Below are positions 1 through 16,837 of a DNA stretch of 64,000 bases, piece by piece. The position numbers and the translations under genes are program-made. Each line of letters opens with the position of its first letter. Within the stretch, counting starts at the first letter, position 1. The stretch spans positions 208,911 to 272,910 of the forward strand of contig RHPI01003369.1 of the NCBI GenBank assembly GCA_009103225.1, read 5' to 3'. The notes under the pieces are model-generated. The model saw only the letters and a list, made by a program, of their open reading frames with translations. It did not search any database and was not told the origin of the DNA. Source of the DNA: Chlorokybus atmophyticus. Taxonomy: Eukaryota > Plantae > Mesostigma and Chlorokybus algae.

Positions 1-3000
1 TCCCGCACCCATGTCTTCCCGCACCCCGCCACTCCCAACACAACCACAACGGCAGCCTCTCCCCATCTCCTCTTGCCACTCTCAATCATGTCGTACAACA
101 TCAGCGCCCGCTCTGACACAGCCATTCCTCCTTCACCGCCGTCCAACTTCATCGCTATGAGCTGTCTGACTTCATTAGTGCCAGGATGTGGTGATGTGGG
201 TATCAATGAACCCCTTCTGGAAGGAGTGACACAACTCTCTTTACTCCCCGCATCGCAAAAGGTGTCTTGAGCGAGCGCGGTGAAGAGATAAATATCTTTC
301 TCATTAAAACGTGGGGATAGCGCCGCAATGCACGCAGAGAGCATCACGCTGTCAGATGATGGTGGTATGTCCGACAACAATTTGTTGTTAATAGTTTTGC
401 TGTTGAAGTTGTTGCTAAGTCGAGTGGTAAGTATCTCCTCCGTGCAGGCAGCAACTGCTTTGACCTCTCTCAGACCAAAGTCATGCACACCCGGCCGGTG
501 CGACAGCCTTGCTTTCAGAGCCTGAGTGAATGCAGCTGGTAAACATGTGTGGATGTGAGCGCAGAGGTGCGGGCGTGTGTGTATATGTGTGTGTGGGTGG
601 TTACACGCGCATATGTTGGCATGCATGTGTACACGTGTGCTTTCTCTTGCCTTGAATAGGCAAGCACATTTGCGAGCGGCATCATGGGCTTGCGGAAGGC
701 CGACGGACGCAAGCCGAAGCTCCAAAGCAACCTGTTGAGCGTGAGCAATGAGACACAAACCAACATAACGTCACACACAACTGCTTACCTGCATGTCTAA
801 GGCTGGCAGGGCGACGCGTCTTCCGAGCCACTGGACAGTGCGGTGTATGTGTGTTTGTGCATTACTATTATTATTGTGGCTGTCAACATCAGCAATGAAG
901 CAAGCGAATCCCGGCAAGACCGTGAGAGGGGCCATCTGATCCCCACGGGATCTGTATCGGTCCTTGCCCGCAGCCATGGCCTCATACGCAGCACGAAGGT
1001 GGTTCACCACGCCGCTCGGTACACTCTCACTCACACCCTCCAACACAACCCATGCCGCACATGCCGCCGCCCCCGCCACGCGCATTGCGAGCGACAACGC
1101 TGATGACGACGAGGACGGGAGCGATAGCACCCAGCGGCCACACGCTGCGGCAACCTCGCGGACGGTCTCAATATCAACACCGGCGCACATGCGGCCCGAG
1201 GCCACGCAGGAGAGGACGGCGTGAAGGGTGACAGGAGAAACCGGGTGAAGACCCCTCACCTGGTGTTACGTTGGGTTGGAGTTGTTTGACTGAAAACTGT
1301 CAATGGTAAGCACGGAATACTTACCTCTCCTCCAGTGTACTCCCACCCGTACTCTACACGCGCATCCAGCGCAGATACCATGCATCCGTCGATATCTGGC
1401 TCCCACATGCACTGCAATGAGGAGCATATTGGTCAGTATAGAACTGCTACTGTTGGCAACGCATGCAAGACACTGATTGTGGTTTTCACCTGCATTTTGG
1501 AGGCCCAGTCATACTCGTCCGTGCGCCCAACATTCTTCTCCACAAGCTCCTCCACAACAAGTTGATGCGCGGCCGTGAGAGCCGCCAGCTGTCCGTACAC
1601 CAACACGCCCTGGGTGTCCCCCACGTCACGTGCACGCTTCTTCCCGAACGCGGCCAACGTCCTCGTCGTGCTCTCAAGCAAGTCCCGCAAAGCCCTCCTG
1701 TGGCCTTTTCGCCTCGCCTCGAAGGCCGAAGCCACGGCGTCGGTCCACACGATCTCGTGCACGAGGGCGATCGATTGCAGCGGGAATGACGTCACCCACT
1801 CGTCCTGAGGCGTGGACAACACGGACCCGAGACACTCGCGCGTCTTCGCCTTGAACGTGCCGTTGATCTCACGGGTCAACCGACCGATCCATTCGTCAGG
1901 AGCGGTTTGGATCGAGTCGGACACAACAACGGGAGAGCCGAAGAGAAGCTCCTCGCCATGACGGGAGCATACGCCGACGATGGAGAGATTTGTGTATGAG
2001 GAGGAGGAGGAGGAGATGGCTGTTGTGGTGGTGGTGGTTGGAGACGGGTCGAGAATCAAGGTGCTCACGCTGGGGCAGACTCTTGAAAGATGCGACTCTA
2101 ACTCTGCTATCTGACAAGTATGTGCACGACAACGAGTGAGTGCTTGAGAATCGATGAGGCAGGCTAGCCAGTGAGCACATGAGTGAGTGAGCAAGTAGGC
2201 GCGTGCTCATAAAGGAAAAGAGTGGGTGACTGAGCAAGACAATGTGCATGTAAGTGTAGTGACATTCGAGCGTGCATGTCAGTGGGTGAGTGAATGACTG
2301 AGTGTGTGAGGGAGTGCGCGCACTCACGCACTGCTTCCCACATGGTGAACACATCTCCACACATCACCATCTCACCGTGTTGACCGTAAGTATGTTGATG
2401 AGCTCCTTGTCGTCAGCGGCGGCGGCGGCGAGGCGCGGTGCGGCGGAGCGTGCGCGTTCGAGGCGGGTAGCGAGGGCGCGGGGTGCCAGTAGGTCACGCA
2501 GGGGCGCGAGCGGGAGCACGCTGCTGAACGAGGCGGACGCCATGCTTGCAAGCACCTGAGCCTCCCGGTGAAGGAAGGCCAGAAGCTTCAGGAACTCCAC
2601 GTGCACGATCTGCGCGTAGTGACAGCGGCACAGTGTTGGTTGCTAGTGAGGTACATATCATAGGGTGGCGTAAATTGGCTTTGCGTCGATAAATGGAAAA
2701 TACACTAGATTGGTACAGCGCTAGCGTATGGGATGTAGACTCTGCAAGCTGTAGCTGGCCTTTTCGCCACACTGTAGTGTGCAGCTGCAGTGGCTTGTGT
2801 GCTCTGTATTGCAATGTGTGGGTGTTGTGGTAATGTGTACGAACAAGCAAAGCACAGTGCACTCAGACTACATTGACTGCAGCATGCGTAGTGCATGCTG
2901 TACAAACTGTGCTGTAGTGCACACTTCTGTGGTAAAACACATTGCGATTGAGAGAGCCATGCAACACCAACAACAGGTCCAACCCTTCTTGCCTTGTACT

Positions 3001-3907
3001 GGCGGTCCTCCATTGGCAGGAGGCTCCTTGCCGCACGGCTTCCAAACAGCCGGCCCGAACGAAGCCACAAGTCCTGTGCTTCAACCACGTCCTGCACGCC
3101 TCGGGCGGCCATGCGCACACGCTCCCAGCTTGTCGCTGGCTCCTCGCTGCTGCTGGACGGTGGTGACATTATTGGTGCGAAGGTCGAGGAGGCAGCACTG
3201 GATGAGGAAGTGGCAGCGGGGCAGTTAGCCAGAAGACGCTGCACAAGAAGCGTAATGTGTGGGCTACTGCGCGGGCGTGTGTAGATGCATATGTACATAT
3301 GCATGGGCATGTGCGTGTGGGTGGGTAGTGGGAAGGGGGGGGGGAGGGGGGGAATTTTGCATGCATGCTTGCGTGCGTGTGCGTGTGAACGTGCGTGTCC
3401 GCTCGCATGCTGTCGTGCGTGCATGCGTGCACATTGCACACTCATGTTGAGAATGCATGATTGGGCCGTGCTGCTGCTCAAACGCCTGCGAACTTGAGCT
3501 GCTGCTGCTGGTGCTTCAGCTTAGGACAAGCAGCTACAAGTAGACCGCATTGACGCTACTGAACTTACCAAACACTACCTGTTGTAACCTATTCCACAGT
3601 GAATAATAACCAGGTCTACCCAAACTCCCATCTGTCATTGTGGAGCATCAAGCTGAACCAAACGGACCAAACAAACAACGGAGTCGGCCAACTCCGCAAG
3701 CATCCTATTATGTGAATTAGATTTAGCTACTCGACAATGATTCAAACTATGTTTGCAGTTTGCAACCCCGGTCTACCAGGCACTTGTCGAGCTGCTCTTT
3801 GATCTCCTCCAAGTTCACCAGCTGGGCGTCATGCGCCTCCGTGGCAAACTGGAACCGCAGCGCGGTAGCCATAGCCATGATCTCGCTGTCCGTGAGCCCC
3901 ATCTTGC
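1..3907 (-). CDS. Divergent dynein heavy chain-like protein (DHC_N2/linker, AAA1, start of AAA2); continues beyond the left edge; 5' end uncertain
   Basis: Hand-traced exons at approx. 3777-3907, 2985-3237, 2386-2607, 1490-2110, 1325-1411, 789-1259, 651-731 and 1-521. They are colinear with dynein motifs: WERVRMAARGVQDVVEAQDLWLRSGRLFGS (W..l..w..vQ..W.yle.IF), LERARSAAPRLAAAAADDKELINILT (KR..FPRFYFLSNDELLEILS), DEWVTSFPLQSIALVHEIVWT, EYDWASKMQ, EYGWEYTG, VHDFGLREVK (HYDFGLR), PRFNEKDIYLFTALAQDTF and Walker A GVAGCGKT. Confidence 0.8.
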
Positions 3908-3983
3908 CTAGCCTACCTCTACCACCAGGCCAGGCTCACCGGCGCGGCCTGGCCTGGCCTAGCCTGGTGGCCTGATGGCCTGG

Positions 3984-4044
3984 TTGTTAGCACTGCGCAC
4001 AAGGTGCACAAAGGCTTTGTGCGCCTTGTGCGCAGTGCTAACAA
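3984..4044. repeat. 61-nt near-perfect palindrome (30-bp arms, 1-nt centre)
   Basis: TTGTTAGCACTGCGCACAAGGTGCACAAAG-G-CTTTGTGCGCCTTGTGCGCAGTGCTAACAA; one T/G mismatch. Confidence 0.95.
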
Positions 4045-5658
4045 TTGACCTGGATCGAGTAGTTTTGAATCAGCTCGACCCTGTTCTTGAGACCCCCATC
4101 TCTGTTCGGCCTTATCCGCTAGCATGGTTGGCAGGCTCGACAGATCGCTCTGACCCGTACCGGTCAAAACGGCATGGCTAACGTGGCCATTTAAGCTGCG
4201 AACTCCAGCGGCAGGCCCTGAGGTCCGGCTATAAGTTAGCCAAAATGTTTTAACCGCACGCAGTCAAACAAGGGGTAAGTTCTTCATTGTGGTTAAGATT
4301 GGCTTGATGATCTGGCCAGTTGTCTCTGACTGCCGGCTGACAGCGCAGATGCAGATCGGGTTACGTTAGCGTGCAGTTAAAAACAGCCTGGGGCAATAGC
4401 GTTTTGCCCGTTAAGGCTTAACTGAGATGACGTGCACTTCGGTGCCGCATGTTGTTGCTGACAATTATAAAAGTGCCAAAAAAGTGTCCCAAAAGGAGCC
4501 AACGCGAGGCGCACGGTAATCATGTACAATCCCAAATGCATGTTACCAAAGTCCACCACAAAAACGGCCAACTTTTAAGACGTGGCGGGTGCGGCGGCGG
4601 CGGCGGGAAGGGGAAGCTGCCACGTGGCCTAGGCCGGCGGGAAGGTGGTTCGTGTGTGCGATGTCTTGGACCGCGCTGGCTCTGTAAGGTGAGCTGTATG
4701 AACAGTGCGTGCAGCATGCCTTGAGCTTGCGGTTTGGTTGATTGGCCTGGCCATGGTGGCCTGGTGGAGGGTCACTGGGCCATGCTTGCTTGCTGCGTGC
4801 AGAAGGTTTGAAATGGCATGGAACTACTCGTGTAAGGCATTTGTTTTTCTGTGTTGCCCAGTGGCTGCTGTGTCGTTGGATCAGCTTGCATTTGCAGCAA
4901 GCGTGCTGCTGATCAGCTGCTTGCTTTGGTCAGTCAGCCTTGTAACCCAAGACAAACGTCGAAAACCTGAACTCCTAGCTGTGGTGTCGTTAGCCGTGCA
5001 CAATCAAGGTGTTTGAAGGACTTGCTCAGCTTAGTTAAGGCGCTATACTTGTGTGCTGTGTCACGCTCATTTGGCGCACGGTATGTGTACCTGTGTTGCT
5101 CTGGATGGTGAAGCTGCCTCGCTGTGTGCACCGGCTACTACTGTGCTTTGCTACTGCCGTGGCACGCAGGACTAGGTCTTGTGCTGCTGAACCTATTGTG
5201 TGCACTTAGACTGGTGTGGCAGGCCCACTGCACCCCCCCCCTTGCGAGGTTGGTGCAGTGGGGTACCCTTTGCTACACTGGTATGCGTTGTGCAGACTGG
5301 GGCACACGAGAGCTGAAGCACAAGTATGAACGCAGCAACAATTACACGTCGTGTGCATGGTTGGCGGAGCCCAATGCATACTTGGCACTCAACGAGTGTA
5401 CTTGGTTCCATCATGTCAGTCACCTTGTTGGCTACTTCAGTCTGGTTGGCACACAGCTTTGCACTCAGCATTCACACTCTTGTGTGCATGCGGCTGTTGT
5501 ATACATTGAATCTGCTCCTCTGCAGTGTCACTGCATGTTGTGTTTGACATTTCACCAACTCAACATTGCTGTCATCGTGACGCTTCTGTGTGCCAGGCAT
5601 CAGTGCCACTCGCAAGGTATCGTATTGAGACGATAGGAGTTGAGCATCTGGACACAGG

Positions 5659-8935
<3,277 letters not shown>

Positions 8936-11203
8936 GAGCCAAAGAGCAAGCATATCGGGTACGTCACATGTATGTTGCTGTGATGCAAATATGCATGACC
9001 CTGCGGATGCTAACTTGGCCCCTTTCCTTGTGCAGCTGGCAATGTCTTATTTTTGTAGGGTGGAAAGCGACATGTGCAATCCAAGAATACTACTACTACT
9101 TTTTCATCTCGTGTGTCAAGCAATGTGTCTGCACGCCTGCTCTTCCGACAGGCTCTTTTTGTATCTTAGAACATGACCCATAAGTGCACTGTTAAACTTC
9201 ACACACGAGGTTCCTCCCGCGCACCTCGCAAAGACACACGCACAAGTGTGCTTTGCCTTCCATCATCTACTGTGATATAGTGTTGGACAGAAGGCCCTTT
9301 TATGCAATCACTGTTCATTGCTGTCTGTTCTGCTAAAATCAGCCACACAGTGGACTGTATGCGATTACTTGCTGTCACACGCGCTCACAATTTGCGTCAT
9401 CGACAATGCGCCCGGCAGTCATACACTGTTGCAAAAGACTAGCGGCAGTACTACTATTTCAGAAGCGCTCTGTTGCACTCTACACATGGTGCGTAATGTT
9501 CAGCTGTATGATGTGATAGGCATGCTCTGAGCTGTTCTGCGCAGCTGAGTGATAACTTAACCTAACGGCTCTCAAGGTGAGGGTGATCAGCAAAATATGT
9601 CACTGCTGGCTGCGCAAAGGAACTCAGCTGGCGGTAGTGTACAGAATATGCACGTGATGTATAGTGTACAACCAATCAGCATAGAACTGTGCTTGTGGGT
9701 AGGCCTATTGCGTAGCAGTGTTTGCTGCTCGTGCAAGAGACCGAACTTGTTGGTTTACACACTATCACATGAACATGGACATGGACATACCCTCAACGTC
9801 TTTGTACACACATATCGCATGCTTTACTATACAAGTGTAACTGTACAATCATCATCGCACATTCAGAACTTAACCTCGCTTAACACCACACACACGGCTG
9901 CTGCACACACCAGCTGGACAACCGCAGCAAGCAGCACACTGCTCCTCTTTATCCACGCTGGCCCGTGGATGAGGGTTACAGCTGCGGAGGGAGGGGGGGG
10001 GGGGNGGGGGGGGGGGGGTTAACCGACAGGTTCAGATCAGAGCGTGCGTGCATGTGTACGTGCATGGGCATTGGTGGATGCAGGTATGAAGACACATGCA
10101 CGCATGTGTGTGCGCACGCATGTGTACGTGTCTGCGTATGTCGTGGGTGGAGCTGGGGGGGTAAGCGATGGGTATTTGTGTGTGCATGTGCGTGCACTGT
10201 ACAACATACAATTATCTGTTGCACATGGCTGTATGGTGCACATTGCGTGTGCACAAGTGCACATGCACGCATGCAGATTAAATGTGTTGAAGGCTCACCT
10301 TGTGGATTGGATTTCACTTCCCCCATCCCAAGGATGCGGGGAATGCCAATCAAGCCACCACGGATGTTGATTTCCAGGATAGCGACAGGGCTCATGCCGA
10401 GCCGTCAATCGCATTGAAGATCGCAGCTATGATGCCCGGCCCCTCGCCGTGCACCATTGCACCATTGCATTAAAACCGAACAATGTCCACGGGTGACAAG
10501 TGTGCATGCATGTGCTTATGTGCACGCGTGTGTTAATGCAACCATCTGTGTGTGCACGCGCGCACGAGTGCGTGTAGCTGCACGCGCGCGCGAAAGTACG
10601 CGTGTGTGTGCGCATGCACACGTATGTAAGGTCTTAACAATATTATTGGTGCTATTTGTTATGGCAAGTTAGGATGCAGCCAACCTTACTGAAGCCACGT
10701 GCTAATAACCGAAAGGGGTGCAGCGAATGCCATACAGAAGAAGGTCTTCATATCCGTGGAAGTAGGTATTGACCGCCGTCTTTTACTCCTCCATTAACGC
10801 ATTGCAATGCGCTATGCACCTTGGATAGTTCATGGCCATCTTGTGTTCTTTTGTTTTCCTAATCAACCAATACTTGTTTTTATTTACATGTCAAATGGCA
10901 TGTTTTATGGTTACGGGCAAAAACGCTTTTAATATTTGCAGTCAACACATGCACAAACACATGTTCATGTTACATTTCATTAACATCACTAGAACCAAAA
11001 ATAACCCACCTCATCTTTGTGGCCTTTTACTATTGCAAATGCATCTGCATGCAAAACGTCTTGCGCTTAACACCTTGGTGCGTCATGCATGGACTCGAAT
11101 AAAACGCTGTAAAAGACCGTTTTAACAATGTTGCAAGCAAGCAAGCAAGCAAGCATAAACCAATGGCCACTTGGCCATCATCGAGGAAAAAAAAAACGGG
11201 TGT

Positions 11204-11358
11204 GCGTTAGGCGCTCCAATGTGGAACCTGAGATACTCAGCATCTGCGCTTGGGTGGTGCCCTTGTTTCTCAATTGCTATTGTAGCAATACAAAAAACAA
11301 GGGCATACTCAAGCGCAGATGCTGAGTATTTCAAGAGCCATAGTGGAGCGCCTAGCGC
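11204..11358. repeat. About 155-nt fold-back hairpin (MITE-like or pre-miRNA-like)
   Basis: Paired arm segments: TAGGCGCTCCA/TGGAGCGCCTA, TGAGATACTCAGCATCTGCGCTTGGGT/ACTCAAGCGCAGATGCTGAGTATTTCA, TGCCCTTGTTT/AAACAAGGGCA and ATTGCTA/TAGCAAT. Confidence 0.85.
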
Positions 11359-11586
11359 GCAACGTGGCAAGTAATCTTTGTAACTGAGAAAATTATTCTT
11401 GTCACATTTCTGTTATTCGCCATGCACCAAAACAACCCTATTCACCAAGCATATAAATTATTATTATCAAGCTATATCAATTATCAGCTCAATATCAGCT
11501 CAAGAGATGCATTGCATGGCCTGTGAAGGAAACAACATGTGACTGACTCCGGCTTGCACACCGGCTCTGTCTCTAATGTGAGCGTT

Positions 11587-11622
11587 GTCAATCGATGTAT
11601 AAGTGGGTATACATCGATTGAC
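11587..11622. repeat. Perfect 15-bp hairpin with 6-nt loop
   Basis: GTCAATCGATGTATA-AGTGGG-TATACATCGATTGAC. Confidence 0.9.
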
Positions 11623-13601
11623 TGCCTGGACGGGCACAAGGTCGAGCGAACAGCAACCAGTTACTACGCCGTTAAACAATACGCTTGCTGAGCACAGACC
11701 TTGCCCCTTCTATGTTTCCCTAAAACTTGTGCATTGACTGTGCGGTAACCCCCACGCCCCTTGCGATGGTGCCAATAATAAACACCCTTATGCGGTCTGC
11801 ACACTTCGGGGTAGCCAAGCAGCAGCTAGCGCTCCGTCTGCACAGTACGAGTTTTATTTTAAAAATGCCAACATGCGGGTCGCATACAAACATTTTATCA
11901 ATCACAATGTATCTGACAATGCAAATGTAGTGCCACTCGCAATGCACCCTCCCACCCACATGATGGTCTTGATGATGCTTAATTTTGAAGCTAATCGCAA
12001 TTGCTCACAAAGGTTGCGCATTAAAACATATCAAAATCGGTTTAAGGTGCGTTTTATGCCGAAGGGCAAGTAGTCTTCAACCTCTTAGTAGTGTCCCTTA
12101 GCTGCCGTGGCCAGTGCCTTTGAGAATGCACTTCTGAGAAATGCAAATTGCACCTAGCTTCAATTTAATGCTAAAAATCCGCTGATTTTTCTCTTTAAAG
12201 TTCCGTCTTTGGTTGTCTTACATGCCCCATGACAATGTCCTTAATTATGGGCAAAATGCTTAAAAACGACCAAAGAAGGCATGCTGGGCATGCACACTTG
12301 CATCAAGCAACTTATCCATTTGCATAAACAACACCTCTGCCAAGCAGACATGCTGCACATACAAACTATAACCAATCGACACGCTACATGTGCGTAAGCA
12401 GCAAATCAAGGGCATTATTTGCGCCTTCAAGCTCATCGCTAATGCTGACACGTCTTTTATGTCACTGAGATCAGGGGCATATCAAGCAATTGTGTTTAGA
12501 ATACTTTGAGATTTAGCACTGGTACAAAATACTTCATTCGAAACATTGCAAAGAAGACAATGCTTTGGACAAACCGATTCTTCGCTGATTGCTTACTCAT
12601 TGAACGTTTGGATGGTGTGAATTCAACCTACTTGCTGCTGCATCCGAAAACTCTCTGCTTTGTCTTTGGGCCTTATGGATGTTCATCGATTCCTCGCTAG
12701 TCGCTAACCAAAGTCAGAATGGTGTGAATCTGACCTAGCTGCGGCCGCATCTGAACATTCGCTGCCTTGTCTGCTTCCCTTCATATGCGAAACCAAACCC
12801 ACTTTAATTGAAATATATGAATAACATGACATAGTTGTGACTGAGCTCAGAAAACTGAAAACAACATGTGCCCACCGGCTCGCTGTCACTGTCTTGTTCC
12901 CTGGCTGGTCATGTGATTTGGTGGTGAATAAGGCCTAGTGCTCACTTTGCTAGAAGGCAATGCATCAAACGCAGGTAGCAATCTCCTCCAATCTCCTCTG
13001 GCAAGTAGGGACCTGGTCGCCTGCACGCCCCGCCCCCCCGCCCCNACAATCCGCTTGCACCACTTTGCAGTTGCAAGTGCGAGACACACATGGCACAACC
13101 ATGCCACCATTCAACCATATTGTCCATTGGTGTGCCTCAGTTGCGTCGGCTCCTCATACTAACAGCAACGCGTATAGCACAGTACAGAGTTGCAGCACAA
13201 ACAGGTACTGTCTTTTAACCACTAGGCCACAAGGCTTGCAAGGTTCACTGCCAAAGCAAAGAAACACGCAGCTACATGATTCATGTGAATACTGTCATGA
13301 AGGGTTGTAGCTTGTATACGTCATTATCCTCTGCCAGCTACTGCATTGAAGCTTGGGAAGGCCTGTCATGCCTGGCCAGGCTGGGGTGACAAGATTTGTT
13401 GCGTGGAGAACACGCACAGCGCGTTGGTTGTGCAGGGGCAGGGGTTGGGCAGGAGAGGCCAAAGGCACAAGAATTTTCCAGCTGGCGCCCAGTTCTGGCA
13501 GGAAAGCTCTTCTTTAAGCGCTCGAGTTAGTTTATGTACAAGTTTGGCACTCTGTCCTGTTGTGCCCCTATTCCCGATCCCTCCCCAATAATTGACGTAC
13601 T

Positions 13602-14493
<892 letters not shown>

Positions 14494-14790
14494 CGCTCCA
14501 CACACACACTCACTCTTGCCGCCACACCCACCTACCCGACAGACTGTTGGCAGCAGTACAGATGCAAAGACTGCACACAGACTTCACATATGGCGCCACC
14601 GAACGCTGGAGCAGCGATGCCCGCCTGTGACATTTAGCCGTCAACTCGCAGCGCGCGACGGCGTGGAAAAGCGCGGGCATCAACGTGTGTTTTGAATTGT
14701 TGACAGTATCCACTCCGTCGACAGTCGACGCTTGTTGTCGGTATTTGGCATCGGCTGTCGAACGCATGCACTGACAATGCCGGCAACAAC

Positions 14791-16283
14791 ATGGCGGCGA
14801 CGGCGGTGGCGGCGGCGAGCGGGGTGCAGCTCGCCCCCGCCGCCGCCACATGCAGGCGGTGTCCACCTACGCACCGACGAGCATACCTGAGGCGGCGGGG
14901 CCGGACGCGGTGCTGTCTTGGGGGCGGGGCAGAGGGGGAGAGGAGAACGCAAGCAGGCGGAGCAAGAGGAGTAAACCCTAGCACAGGCTTGGACTCTAAC
15001 CCTAGCACAAGCTATGAGGTGAGATTACCTGTCTGATCGTATGCAGAAGTCAATCAGTTCCCTTGTGCAGGACAGTGTGCGGCCTCCAAAACGTGTTCAC
15101 TTGCAGTGGATGCTGCACACAATTGCGGTCAGGAGATCAACTAATACATAGTATCATTGTTGTTAATCTTTAACAATAGCATTGAGTGCTATTGCTGCAA
15201 CAGCCAGCCTCAGCTGTACTTGTGTGACCATACACATGCTGATACCAGTTTTTGCTCAATGAAACAGAGCACGTGCAGTGCACACAACCTTCCGTTGGTG
15301 TCGTATTGCTTCGTCGCAATGGTGGATCACTGATTCACAGTACAGTGTCATTCTTCTTGCAGCAGTCGGGCACGAGTCTTGCAGCAGATGGCATCGGGCG
15401 TGGCGGCGAGCAGCGAGGCAAGCATGTGTACATGCAAGACTTTTATGGAGAGGATGTGCGTGCGCAAGGGTGCGTGCACGTGAGACCAGTGTTGGGTGCA
15501 TTGGTTCATGTTTGCTGGCAAACGCATACGCAGGTGGCGTGGCCGGTTGGTGGCGAGGCTTGCGAGCAGAGAACGCGCGACTGGTGGCGCAGCTGCGCGG
15601 TTTGGGCCTCGCGGGCGTGCTGTCGTACGGTCTCTTAAACACTCTCTACTACACCGTGGCGTTCCTCGTCGTCTGGTACACATACTGATATCATAGTCAT
15701 TGTAGGCCCACCATCATGGCAAACTCATACATAAACACATCTGCAGGACGACTGTGGTCAAAGTGCCTCGCTCACTCGGGCTTGCCGGCGCAGCACAACG
15801 GTAAGTGCTCTTGACTCAACAATGTCAACAGTATGTCTAATGAGACGCGCACACAGCATGTCTCGTCATCGTTTCATTGCTCGCCTGTATGTAGGTTTGT
15901 GCAAGTTATGGCTATGGTATGGGCAGGCAGCCAGATCACAAAGCTCCCGCGTGCAGCCGGGTAAAATGTGGCTCGTCCATAGGTGTGCTGAGTTATGGGT
16001 TCTGCAATTCCCTGCATGAATACTCACTCGTGTTTATGCCCCGTAGTGCTGTAGTGTTGGCACCATTTGTAGATGGTGCCCTCACGGTATTCATGGAGCG
16101 TTGTAAGTTACCCTCCAGATCCCAGGCAAGTGTCTGTTAGACACAGCACACCCACATCTTGTTAACACCTTGCATGTTTGAGACAAGAGTGGTCTTGCTT
16201 TGCAGGCGTTTGGAGTAATAGTTGCCGGGTGTTTTGGGCTGGCTGCGATCTTGTTCTGTGTCATTGTGGCATTGTGGGCTTGA
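14791..16283 (+). CDS. Conserved green-lineage membrane protein of unknown function, probably plastid-targeted
   Basis: Ala/Arg-rich N-terminal exon 14791-15018. Later exons give LRGLGLAGVLSYGLLNTLYYTVAFLVVW / RFVQVMAMVWAGSQITKLPRAAG / AVVLAPFVDGAL / AFGVIVAGCFGLAAILF*, matching a recalled plant family of unknown function. The middle exons are uncertain. The last intron (16126-16205) is GC-AG. Confidence 0.8.
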
Positions 16284-16837
16284 CCATAGTTTGTGAGTAT
16301 CCAGTAGCTGCAGTAGAAATGTTAGTTGACATAGAGGATGTGGTAGGCATTGAGTATGTGCAAATTAGGGAGATGGTACACATTGCTGATGTGTAAAGAC
16401 ACGGGTATCAATGTGTACATGATGTGTATATTTGATCACCAGGTAAGCTGCAATTTCTGATGTAGTGACTGATGCGATATAGTGTGTTGACCAATCATGT
16501 CGCAACTGCGGTTAAAGCAACTCATGGGTGGGTAGGAGCAAGAGGCAAGCATCATCAGGACTCAGGTTTCTATCATAAACTATGCTATATTACATTTCTG
16601 CGTCCAACCCTACAGTTACACCTGCAGCATGTACATGCCTAACACCAATCCACCGCCGACCGGGAAAATAAATGTATCCACACGCACACCCGATCGTGCG
16701 ACACTAACTAGCCCTAACACACACTCCTCTCTCTACACACAACCTTCCTCGGGGACACGTAATGTACATCGGGAAGGGGTGGAATAAGTACAACACCACT
16801 CGTTTCTCCTTTACAGGTTATTCAATTCACCAGAGCA

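Noticed and set aside
4570-4688. Candidate 5' UTR exon of CYP97A (AAG|GTGAGC donor; acceptor at 5657)
   Set aside because: Plausible, but unsupported without transcript data.
9880-10395. Two phase-compatible minus-strand exons (MSPVAILEINIRGG.../AVTLIHGPAW...)
   Set aside because: No recognisable homology, the junction lies on an n-containing poly-G join, and there is no coherent downstream exon.
14973-14980. Telo-box AAACCCTA
   Set aside because: It falls within a predicted coding exon and a single 8-mer is expected by chance; it is not a telomeric array.
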